NCBI GenBank assembly: GCA_024650005.2
Contig: CP122380.1
Span: 1 to 64,000 of the forward strand
DNA: 64,000 bases
Direction of reading: 5' to 3'
DNA from: Candidatus Bathyarchaeum tardum
Lineage (GTDB): Archaea; Thermoproteota; Bathyarchaeia; Bathyarchaeales; Bathyarchaeaceae
How positions within the stretch are numbered: position 1 is the first letter of the stretch; every line of letters begins with the position of its first letter. Below, piece after piece: positions 28,336-37,342 of the stretch. The translations under genes and the position numbers were made by a program. The notes beneath the pieces are model-generated. The model was not told the DNA's origin, did not search any database, and saw only the letters and a list, made by a program, of their open reading frames with translations.

Positions 28336-29820
28336 TTATATGGAATTTTCGTATATTCTGCCTTTTTCGCTGTATCCGCTCTCAAAACGTTCTTTCATCT
28401 CCTCAGCCAACTTCTGAGCCAAGGGAGTCGGATACTTACCAGTTATACAACCTAAACATAATTCAGCCTTAGGTAACCCAGTAGCCTTAACCAAACCCTC
28501 AACTGACTGATAATTAACTCCATCAGCACCTACAATTTCTGCGATTTCTTCTGCGTCGTGCTGAGAACCAATCAGTTCACGGTAGGTTGCCATGTCAACT
28601 CCATAGAAGCACGGACCAATAATTCGTGGAAAAGTGATAAACAAAAAGACCTTATTCGCACCCATCTGCCGAAGCTTCTTAACTACAACTTTGGTTGTGT
28701 CCCCTCGAACTATGCTATCGTCAACTACAGCAACGTTTTTGCCAGTTAGTCTATGGTCTACAATATTGATTTTACGATCTATTGTGTCATGTCTTTGGTC
28801 TGAAAGCAAAATAAAAGCACGTTCTGCCACGTATCGGTGGCGTCGGGATGCACGTTCCCACCGTATTCCAGTTAATTCATGATAACCATAAGCTGCATCG
28901 TTACCAGTTTCAGGCATCGACATAATTATATCCACTTTACTGGTAGTCTCAGGAAACTCCCACGCAAAGTTTCTGCCAAAAGCTTCCCTTGCCTCGTAAA
29001 CGTACCTGTCACCCAACCTTGAATCTGGACGAGCAAAATAAGCAAACTCAAAGGCACAAAGGGCTTTTCTTTCACCAGTGCAGATTTGTTTTCTTTCAAA
29101 ACCATCTTTTTTGGCAACCACAAGCTCGCCGGGGTTTACTTCAAAATCAAAATCAAAACTGTTTATGTCCAAACCAACAGTTTCAGACGAAACTGCACAG
29201 GTTGCTCCGTTTTTGCTGCAACCACAACAAAGAGGTCTAATTCCATGGGGGTCTCGAAAAGCGAATAGTTCTCCAGATTCGGTCAAGCCAGCAACAGAAA
29301 AAGCTCCTTCAATTTCTTTCATGCATTTTTTTACGGAAGAATCCAAGTCCCAACTCTTACCGCCCCTCAGAAGTTTTTTTGTGATTAATTCTGCATCATA
29401 ATTAAACCGAAAATTTGGTTGCTCTGCTTGAATCTCTTTGACAATATCCGGTGTGTTAACTACGTTGCCGTTGAAGGCTATTGCTACCTGTTTGTCGCCT
29501 TTCTGTTCTAGAATTGGTTGGGTGCTTTTTACAAGAGAATCATAATCTGTTCCACCCGACGTAGAATATCTTACATGTCCTATTCCAACAGGTCCTGGCA
29601 GGTTTACTAACCAATTTTCTAAGTCTTTTTGTTTTATTTTTGGAACAAGGTCTAATCCTTTGTAATTGTGGAATTGACCATCAAAGGTTGTGATTCCGTG
29701 GGATTGGTGACCGCGATGATTTTGTGAACGCAATCCCCAGTAAAGGTAAGGAAAAACCGGGTTGTCAGTGAAGTCCTTCGCCGCGAAAACCCCACATTCC
29801 TCTTTTAACTGTTCCAGCAT
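28336..29820 (-). CDS. purF: amidophosphoribosyltransferase
   Basis: EECGVF, HRG, GHVRYSTSG, RDPHGIRPL, CAFEFAYFARPDS, VVDDSIVRG, PCFYGVD, CLGC. Confidence 0.97.
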   Translation of the reverse strand: MLEQLKEECGVFAAKDFTDNPVFPYLYWGLRSQNHRGHQSHGITTFDGQFHNYKGLDLVPKIKQKDLENWLVNLPGPVGIGHVRYSTSGGTDYDSLVKSTQPILEQKGDKQVAIAFNGNVVNTPDIVKEIQAEQPNFRFNYDAELITKKLLRGGKSWDLDSSVKKCMKEIEGAFSVAGLTESGELFAFRDPHGIRPLCCGCSKNGATCAVSSETVGLDINSFDFDFEVNPGELVVAKKDGFERKQICTGERKALCAFEFAYFARPDSRLGDRYVYEAREAFGRNFAWEFPETTSKVDIIMSMPETGNDAAYGYHELTGIRWERASRRHRYVAERAFILLSDQRHDTIDRKINIVDHRLTGKNVAVVDDSIVRGDTTKVVVKKLRQMGANKVFLFITFPRIIGPCFYGVDMATYRELIGSQHDAEEIAEIVGADGVNYQSVEGLVKATGLPKAELCLGCITGKYPTPLAQKLAEEMKERFESGYSEKGRIYENSI

Positions 29821-30037
29821 ATTTTGTTCTATTAATGTGACCTATTTATCAATGTTTACTACAATTTTATAGCAAAATCTAGGTCATAGAAAGCCATTGT
29901 TCAGTTAAGTTACAGAATTGTTTGTATAGGAAAATTATGTTGTTTAGCATAGTTTGGTTGCTCAGAGGATGTTGCTGGTATTATCGCAAGGTATATATGA
30001 ACTATCGGGATTAGGCTTTTTCATCAAGGTGTTTTTC

Positions 30038-31249
30038 ATGAGGAACATACTTGTTAATGATTCGAAATGTACACCCCTAGACAAGCAACCAGTAGAGATT
30101 GTGGAACGCAAGGGTGTTGGTCATCCTGACTCTATGTGCGACGCCATAATGGATCAGGTTTCAGTGGAACTTAGCAAAGCTTACCTGAAAGAATTTGGGG
30201 CAATTTTGCATCATAACACCGATAAGTCCCTACTTGTTGCTGGAGATGTAGAATGCAAGTTTGGAGGCGGAGTGGTAAATGAACCCATGCTTCTTATCTT
30301 TGGGGACAGAGCAACCTTTAGTGCCCAAGGAAAAGACATTCCTGTTAAAGAAATCGCCATCAACACAGCTAAAAAATGGTTAAAAGAAAATATCAGGTTC
30401 GTAGACCCTGAAAAACACATGAAATACCAAATTGCAATCAGACAAGGTTCACAAGGACTGACTGACATTTTCAAACGCGAAACCTGCATGTTTGGAGCTA
30501 ACGACACTTCAGCAGCAGTAGGTTACGCGCCTTTAACCCGCACAGAAAATATGGTTTTGACTACTGAACGCTACATTAACTCTAAAGAGTTCAAGAAAAG
30601 ATTCCCAATGAGTGGGGAAGACGTTAAAGTCATGGGCTACAAGAACGGCAATGTGTTGAATTTGACTATTTGTAATGCATTTGTTGATCATCTTGTTTCT
30701 GACATTAAAGATTACATGCGCAGCAAATCTGAGATTACAGCTGATGTACAAGAATGGGTGAACGCAAAAGCTGCCTTTGATAAGGTTAATGTTTACATCA
30801 ACACTTTGGATGTTGAAGACCGAGGAGTTGATGGCGTCTTTTTGACTGTGTTGGGAACCTGTGCTGATGGTGCAGATTCAGGACAAGTCGGACGCGGCAA
30901 CAAAGTCAACGGAGTAATCTCTCTTAACCGACCAATCGGAACTGAAGCAGCTGCAGGCAAAAACCCAGTCAGCCACGTCGGAAAAATTTACAACGCCCTA
31001 TCTCACCAAGTCGCACGAAAAATCTGTGAGGAAGTACCTGAAGTAGCAGAAACCATTGTTTGGCTCCTAAGCCAAATCGGCAAACCCATAGATCAACCTG
31101 CAATCGCAGCAGCTCAAGTGGTCATGAACGAAGGCTCAGTTTATGACAAACAAATCCAAGGCAGAGTCAACGAAGTAATCGATGCCGAACTCGCAAACAT
31201 CGAAAATTTCTGTGAAAAACTGACTTATGGGAAAATTTCAGTCTGGTAA
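30038..31249 (+). CDS. mat: archaeal S-adenosylmethionine synthetase
   Basis: EIVERKGVGHPDS, HHNTDK, ANDTS, GEDVKVMG, DSGQVGRGN, GKNPVSHVGKIYN; ATG 30038. Confidence 0.96.
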   Translation: MRNILVNDSKCTPLDKQPVEIVERKGVGHPDSMCDAIMDQVSVELSKAYLKEFGAILHHNTDKSLLVAGDVECKFGGGVVNEPMLLIFGDRATFSAQGKDIPVKEIAINTAKKWLKENIRFVDPEKHMKYQIAIRQGSQGLTDIFKRETCMFGANDTSAAVGYAPLTRTENMVLTTERYINSKEFKKRFPMSGEDVKVMGYKNGNVLNLTICNAFVDHLVSDIKDYMRSKSEITADVQEWVNAKAAFDKVNVYINTLDVEDRGVDGVFLTVLGTCADGADSGQVGRGNKVNGVISLNRPIGTEAAAGKNPVSHVGKIYNALSHQVARKICEEVPEVAETIVWLLSQIGKPIDQPAIAAAQVVMNEGSVYDKQIQGRVNEVIDAELANIENFCEKLTYGKISVW

Positions 31250-31431
31250 AAACCAGATTTCTCTCTTTTCATTTTTCTTTTTTAGGTTAATTTATTTTGT
31301 TAAAAGCTGCGGTTGTTTACTTTTGTAATTTTGAATAAAAAATGTTCAGTGAAATCAAAGGAACAACAGATGTTAAAAGGAGAACAGGAACAATATTATT
31401 GAGGTGAATAAAAATATCAAAAAAAGATGAA

Positions 31432-31800
31432 ATGTTAAAAGAACTTCAGCAGATACGAGAATTGTTAGCTGCGAAACCTGCTCCTCCACCTCCTGAGCCT
31501 AAAGGAATATGGAACGAATTCAAAGCGTTCATAGAAAACTACAAGGTTATGGGACTTGCTGTTGCTTTCATTTTGGGTTTGTATCTTGGTCAGTTAGTGC
31601 AATCAATGGTTACAGACTTGATAATGCCCGTCATTGGCTTAGCGTTGCCAGGTATGGATAATTTGTCCACTTTGACAATTCCAGTGAATAATCAAGCATT
31701 CGGAATTGGAAGCTTTCTAGTAGCTCTGATAACGTTCATTATAGTAGCATTTGTTATTTTCATTATTGTGAAAGTAACAAAACGTTGGGGAATAAAGTAA
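31432..31800 (+). CDS. mscL: large-conductance mechanosensitive channel
   Basis: EFKAFI, GLAVAFILG, LVQSMVTDLIMP, GSFLVALITFIIVAFVIF. Confidence 0.9.
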   Translation: MLKELQQIRELLAAKPAPPPPEPKGIWNEFKAFIENYKVMGLAVAFILGLYLGQLVQSMVTDLIMPVIGLALPGMDNLSTLTIPVNNQAFGIGSFLVALITFIIVAFVIFIIVKVTKRWGIK

Positions 31801-31831
31801 AAACTTTCCCCGTTTTCTCATTTTTTATGAG

Positions 31832-32647
31832 TTAAACTTTTTCAGTAGACAAACCAATGGATTCTACCGCAGAAACTATCTTGGGTTTATGTTCTCCTTT
31901 GATTCCTTTCCAATCTAAAATTACAGAATCTACAGGTTCCAAGGTTCGTTCAACACATTGGTGGATTATTCTGATATCAATATCTTCAAGGGCATATTTT
32001 GGAATCATATGACCAAAGGCTAATTCATTGTTTAGAGCAAGTTTTGTGAACTTTTTGTTATAATGAGGACCACCAATCCCCACTACTGCAGAACAGTTGG
32101 AGCATTCACAGACGGCAGCAACTGCTGCATCTGCTACAACTTTAGCAGCTTCAACATCAACCCATTGCTTCGGTGAACTGCCCAATTCCACAAACATAGA
32201 CGAAAAAGGTAAAGAGGGACCATGATGGGTGCACTCGTAAGAAACTTCGTAGTCCAACTTTGTTTCGTTTACTTGTTTTGCCATCTCAGAAAGAGCATTT
32301 TTCATTGCTCCTGCGGGAGAGATGGAAACCGTATTGGGTTTTCCACCAAATTTTGCATCCGACAAATTTCCAGAAGTATGAACAGACAAGGTAGGAATAC
32401 CCGATGTGCTGCTGTGCCGAGAAAGAAAAATCATTAATTCAGGGTTAACTAGGGCGTCTAAAAATTGTGTATTTACAATTTCATTGTCAACAAAAAGCAG
32501 TTTGGTTTCTTTGTTATGCAGTGTTTTTGAGTAAACAGGGTTATTTTGGAAGTGTTCTGAAAGTTTCTCAAAACTGTAGTTTTCTATTAGGTGGTTTGCG
32601 ATGTTCATTCCGGCTGTGTCTTGTTTTGAAGCTATGAAAAGTATCAA
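31832..32647 (-). CDS. dtdA: D-aminoacyl-tRNA deacylase (archaeal DTD2/GEK1)
   Basis: SRHSS, LSVHTSGN, ECTHHGP, FVELGS, GGPHY, GHMIPKY. Confidence 0.93.
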   Translation of the reverse strand: MILFIASKQDTAGMNIANHLIENYSFEKLSEHFQNNPVYSKTLHNKETKLLFVDNEIVNTQFLDALVNPELMIFLSRHSSTSGIPTLSVHTSGNLSDAKFGGKPNTVSISPAGAMKNALSEMAKQVNETKLDYEVSYECTHHGPSLPFSSMFVELGSSPKQWVDVEAAKVVADAAVAAVCECSNCSAVVGIGGPHYNKKFTKLALNNELAFGHMIPKYALEDIDIRIIHQCVERTLEPVDSVILDWKGIKGEHKPKIVSAVESIGLSTEKV

Positions 32648-32881
32648 CGTTGTGTCGTCCTTGAAGGGTATTGTAAAAGATTGAAAGATTAAGGTTGTTA
32701 TAAGAATCCATGAAAATGTTTATTTGCGTTGGAGACCAGTTTACCCTTTATCAAAAGGTTTAGATTTAGCGGTATATTTTTTTGGAGCAAATTGTCTATA
32801 ATTTAGATATAGAAAAAGCTACCATCACCGCTTATATTAAACGCCCACAAAATTAGGAGTTATTGCTGATTAGGAGTAAAC

Positions 32882-33205
32882 ATGTTGAAAAAAATCCGAA
32901 TAAAGCGATATCCTCCTCGTAACTTCCCAGTAAAATCCCTGTGGGAAATAGTAGCAGCTCCTCCAAAATCAGAACAAGACACTGAATTCATGATGCTCTA
33001 TAAAGCAAACCCAAAACACCCAGCAATCATAGAAGAAATGACTGAAGTCGTAGAGTTTGAAGTTAATGAAAAAGCCTTCGGCGAACTTATGTGGCTCTTC
33101 AAAAAATATCAAGTCCCCTGTAGACCCATCGAAGAAGGCATAGAGATCAAACACACTGGACCAAAATCCAACTGTGTTAACGACAAAAAATTTGAAAACC
33201 CCTAA
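32882..33205 (+). CDS. hypothetical protein
   Basis: 107-aa ORF with AGGAG RBS. Confidence 0.7.
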   Translation: MLKKIRIKRYPPRNFPVKSLWEIVAAPPKSEQDTEFMMLYKANPKHPAIIEEMTEVVEFEVNEKAFGELMWLFKKYQVPCRPIEEGIEIKHTGPKSNCVNDKKFENP

Positions 33206-33228
33206 TTTTTTGGGGAAGCATCTACTTT

Positions 33229-35901
33229 TTACATGAAACGGAAAAGTTTTGTCAATCCGATAATTTCTTCAAAATCCAGACCTAACGCGTCAAGAATCTG
33301 ATCAAACGTCGATTGTAGATACGAAACATATTTGTCTACATCGACTTCACTGTTTGTGGCTATTTGAACAGGCTTAACACCTTTCATGACCTTAACGTAA
33401 CTTATGAGGTCTCCAGTTTTCAGCTCGTAACCCATTTTTTCTAACTCACGTCCCGCTTTTACATGCTGAGGAGTAGTTTTTTTGTAGTCCGCTAAGGGTT
33501 TTCCCAAAACAACATGAAACGCCAGATCGTCAGGAGTTTCCCCCCATTTTCGTTTCTTCAAACAATTGTAACGGTCTCGGATGAGTTGTTTAATCTCCTT
33601 TTTCGCCTCTTCGAACTCTGCGGGGTTTTGTACCTTTTGAAGGCGTTCTTCAAGCTCGTAAAAGGCTTTTTTAATGAATGGAGGAATGTGGCGTTTCTTT
33701 CCAGTCATTCCTTTTACGTCAACGCCTCCGCCTTTCAAGATTCCAAGATAATTCTTTTTACGGGAACTAAAAACAGCGTATCGGTACCATTTTTCAACTT
33801 CAAGTTCCATGCCCATCTTTGTTATGGACCAATCTGCCAGAACTTTTACCTGTTCAGGAGAAGGATTTTTCAAAAAGACGCTGTCTGTGTCGCCATACAG
33901 AACTTCCACATCTAAGGACTTGGCTTTGTCGATGGTTTGAGTGATAACGTGTCTGCCGATTGCTGCGGTGGCTTCTGCTACAGGGGGACAATATAAACCA
34001 AAAGCAGGTGAGCCAAAAACACCATAACTTGCGTTCAAAACGACTTTAAGGGCACTTGGAATAACAGCGTACCAGCTTTGAACATGTTGGGGCAAAGTTT
34101 TGTCTTTTGCTTTTTGTTTATACCATTTAACCCGAAGGTCACGAAGTGAACCAATCAGCAAGCTTTCTAGTGCCTTGTTTTTGGTGCATATCCAGTGAGT
34201 TGTTTCTGGAACCTTGTTTTGTTTACATTCTTCGTGGTTGCAAAGCAAAGTTTGGTAGCCCAGATTGTAAACTTTAATGATCGACGGATACAGACTAGCA
34301 AAGTCCATAACTGCCACGTTAAAGTGGACACCAGGAACAGGGTCAACAACTATTGCACCCTTGTATTTCTTGCCTTTAATCATAGCAGTTGTTGTAGTTC
34401 CACCTTTGAGGGCAAGGATGTCTGAGTCATTTGGAATAAGCATGTTTCGCTGACGATGCTCATGATACAAAAAGTTCCGAATCCACCGAGAAACTCCTTG
34501 CCGGCTTACATCTTCCATGGGCATGTGAGAAATTCTGGACATTGCTAAAATCAGTTTCATGACTAAGTTGTCATTAAACGCAGTTAAATCAAAGGTGATT
34601 TCTGAGTCTCGCAGGTTATATTCAGCTAATTCGGTGTAACTTAGCTCAGAAAATGCTTTTTCATGTTCAATTTTTGGAAGTTCTAAAAGGGCAGTACCGA
34701 TTGCATCAAGGGTCATGTCCCGATATTTGTTGCCAAAAGCGTAAATTTGGATTGAACGATTAAAGAAGAACTTGTAAAGGTCAATATGAACACCATGGGT
34801 AAACGAGCAGGTTCTTCTGCCTACTTCGATGGGAATTTGTGTTCTGTCTATTCCAAGGTTTTTTGCCCGATTATACAGAAACGGTAGGTCAAAGTCGTCA
34901 CCATTGAAAGTTAAAACAAAGGGATATTCAACGGTTGCCTCAAACACTTTTTGAAGTAACTCTTTTTCGTCATCAAAATAGGTAACCAAAGCGTCATCAG
35001 GCAGTTTTCTGTCACCGTGTTCAATTCCTTCGCGCTTCAAAAGGAACAACTGTTTTTTGCGCTCTGAACCATACAAAGCAACACAAACAATAGGGTCAGT
35101 AGCTTTTTGGGGATCAGGAACCCGAGTGGCAACCGCTGAAGCGACTTCTATATCTAATCCGACACGTTTAAAATCAGGTGCGGGTGACTCAAGTAAACGC
35201 GCCCACATTTCTACTGTGTCTAAAAACTGTTTGTCTACACCAGAAAACTTGTCAAGAATCTGCTTGATGGTTTCTTCAGACGATTTCTGTATTACCCGAA
35301 CAAGATTTCCGTCTTCTATTTTGTACAACATCCCTATGGCAATGTTTTTGTCATAAATGTAAGACTGATAATATCGAATAAATGACTCCCAAACTTTAGG
35401 AGGCTCTTCAATACCTGTTAGGGCTTGATACGCATCGGGAATTATGTCCCTTAAACAACCGCTTTGTCGTCCACCAATGGCGAGGGGGTCTTTGGCGACG
35501 ACCTTTGTTACGGTAACCAGTTTGTCTTGAAGAGAGTCATATTTTTCAACAGTTTCCACATGGTCATATCCAATATGGGATGTTACTCCACCGAGTTTTT
35601 CAACCTCTTCGGGAGCAAGACTGGTTAAAAGGTAAGGCTTGTGACCAGTGTTGTCGTACCAAAAATAGATTCTTTTGGAAACAGGCTCATACAATGAAAG
35701 TTTGGCTAATGCTTTTTTGCCGTCATAGGAAACAGACACAAGATACGACGGGGGTAAATTTTCTGGAAAATCTGGATAAACAACAGGTTCTTTCTCTGCT
35801 GAATCTTGTAGGAGTTCTTCAATCACTTGGATTTGAGTTGATTGAGGTTTTTTCTTTTTAGGAACATCTCCGAACGCCAATAAAGAACTCTGCGTAGCCA
35901 T
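33229..35901 (-). CDS. polB: family B DNA polymerase (PolB1 type)
   Basis: DIEV, FNGDDFD, DFASLYPSII, KVVLNASYG, YGDTDS, KKNY; WYDNTGHKPY N-terminus. Confidence 0.97.
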   Translation of the reverse strand: MATQSSLLAFGDVPKKKKPQSTQIQVIEELLQDSAEKEPVVYPDFPENLPPSYLVSVSYDGKKALAKLSLYEPVSKRIYFWYDNTGHKPYLLTSLAPEEVEKLGGVTSHIGYDHVETVEKYDSLQDKLVTVTKVVAKDPLAIGGRQSGCLRDIIPDAYQALTGIEEPPKVWESFIRYYQSYIYDKNIAIGMLYKIEDGNLVRVIQKSSEETIKQILDKFSGVDKQFLDTVEMWARLLESPAPDFKRVGLDIEVASAVATRVPDPQKATDPIVCVALYGSERKKQLFLLKREGIEHGDRKLPDDALVTYFDDEKELLQKVFEATVEYPFVLTFNGDDFDLPFLYNRAKNLGIDRTQIPIEVGRRTCSFTHGVHIDLYKFFFNRSIQIYAFGNKYRDMTLDAIGTALLELPKIEHEKAFSELSYTELAEYNLRDSEITFDLTAFNDNLVMKLILAMSRISHMPMEDVSRQGVSRWIRNFLYHEHRQRNMLIPNDSDILALKGGTTTTAMIKGKKYKGAIVVDPVPGVHFNVAVMDFASLYPSIIKVYNLGYQTLLCNHEECKQNKVPETTHWICTKNKALESLLIGSLRDLRVKWYKQKAKDKTLPQHVQSWYAVIPSALKVVLNASYGVFGSPAFGLYCPPVAEATAAIGRHVITQTIDKAKSLDVEVLYGDTDSVFLKNPSPEQVKVLADWSITKMGMELEVEKWYRYAVFSSRKKNYLGILKGGGVDVKGMTGKKRHIPPFIKKAFYELEERLQKVQNPAEFEEAKKEIKQLIRDRYNCLKKRKWGETPDDLAFHVVLGKPLADYKKTTPQHVKAGRELEKMGYELKTGDLISYVKVMKGVKPVQIATNSEVDVDKYVSYLQSTFDQILDALGLDFEEIIGLTKLFRFM

Positions 35902-35965
35902 TTTTGCTCATGTCCGTTAAGGGTATATTCCTGATGCCTACTAAAAAAAGCATTTGATACAACAA

Positions 35966-36109
35966 TTAAGGTCTAACACATTCAGCTTTAGACCGGAAAG
36001 GACGTTTACGTTTTGGTTTACTGTGTTTATCACAGCGTTTAACACAAACCATAATGCCTTCCTCAATCTCGTAAACGCAACCACAAAGATCCTTTCCTTG
36101 TTCAACCAA
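35966..36109 (-). CDS. putative 47-aa Cys/His-rich basic protein
   Basis: Manual translation from TTG: MVEQGKDLCGCVYEIEEGIMVCVKRCDKHSKPKRKRPFRSKAECVRP. Confidence 0.5.
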   Translation of the reverse strand: MVEQGKDLCGCVYEIEEGIMVCVKRCDKHSKPKRKRPFRSKAECVRP

Positions 36110-36260
36110 CGCTAATCCACATCTTCAGTATTTGTAGTTAAACTTCCAGATATAAAATGTTTCAAAAGGTCTCCAACTCCGAACATATCAGGAAACTAAT
36201 AGTAGTTCTATGTTGAAAACAACCTTTTTTTTGAAAACCAAAAGAAACAAAAAGCCTTCT

Positions 36261-37286
36261 TTAGAGCTCAGACAACACGCCCATATCTACAACACAGAAC
36301 CGCTGAAACCCTTTTTTGCCAAATTTTTCGGCCAATTTCTTACAATAAACGTGCAATGCATTTAGAACATCTAACCCCCCGATTTTGTTTTCAAAAGACA
36401 TGCTCATAACCCAGCCTTTGTTTCGAAGATACCCAGTGCCAGTAATCAAATCTGCAATTTTTACTCCCTTTAATGCAACACGCTCACAATTTACTCCAAA
36501 TTTTAACAATTCTTTAAAGACTACACCTTGAGCAAAACTCCAAATTGCTAACTGTTTTTCGGTTCCACGATTATCAAGGTAAGTTTTAGAGTCAACAACA
36601 ATCTGTGAACTTTCTGGATTCAATTTGCCGTTTTCACCAAATATCCAAAGAAATCTCAGAACATGAGTTCTTTGCTTTTCAAGAGTGTAGTGCTGAGCAA
36701 AAGTATCAGTGTCCCGTAACCCGAAAGAAGAATTCCAGAGTTTTTCAAGTAACTTGTGAACTTGTTTGAAAGAGTCCACTTCGGCTACAGGCAAATTTTT
36801 GGGAAACTCGACTAACTTGGTTTTTGTCATTACTTTTGGGGGTTCAACAAATTCATTTGATTTTAAAGAAGCCCGCAGGGCAGGTAATCGGCGCAAACCT
36901 TCAAAGGGTTCAACAAACCGAAAATAATCTACGTCAGACAAAGACTCACCAAGTTTAGTTTCGATAACTTCACGGTTCCATACATCTGCAGTTCCCTTCA
37001 GGGTATCGCAAGGAAACTTGGAACAGTAACCACAGTTTTTTATGCCTGCTTTGTCAACACACTGACGAATCAAACATTTTCTGCTAGGCAACTTTGACGT
37101 TTTCGGAATCTGCGCATCTGGAATTTGACAAGTTACACAAGCGGTCCTAATCGGCGTATACCCCAAAACCTGTTTAGCACGAACCTTAAACTCATCAAAC
37201 TCTTCAGCAGACATATTCTGCCGAGGAAAAGGTCCCCAAGGACAGGTGCCACAATCAATACCACATTTAGAAATCAAATTAGACAA
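36261..37286 (-). CDS. DUF3795-like Cys-rich domain protein with long C-terminal region
   Basis: SKCGIDCGTCP...CVTC...CLIRQCV...NCGYCSKFPC; probable TTG start 37286. Confidence 0.8.
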   Translation of the reverse strand: MSNLISKCGIDCGTCPWGPFPRQNMSAEEFDEFKVRAKQVLGYTPIRTACVTCQIPDAQIPKTSKLPSRKCLIRQCVDKAGIKNCGYCSKFPCDTLKGTADVWNREVIETKLGESLSDVDYFRFVEPFEGLRRLPALRASLKSNEFVEPPKVMTKTKLVEFPKNLPVAEVDSFKQVHKLLEKLWNSSFGLRDTDTFAQHYTLEKQRTHVLRFLWIFGENGKLNPESSQIVVDSKTYLDNRGTEKQLAIWSFAQGVVFKELLKFGVNCERVALKGVKIADLITGTGYLRNKGWVMSMSFENKIGGLDVLNALHVYCKKLAEKFGKKGFQRFCVVDMGVLSEL

Positions 37287-37342
37287 AATATACCCCTTTA
37301 AGAAAAAAGAAAAGGAAAAATAAAAAAATTTTGATGCCAAAC

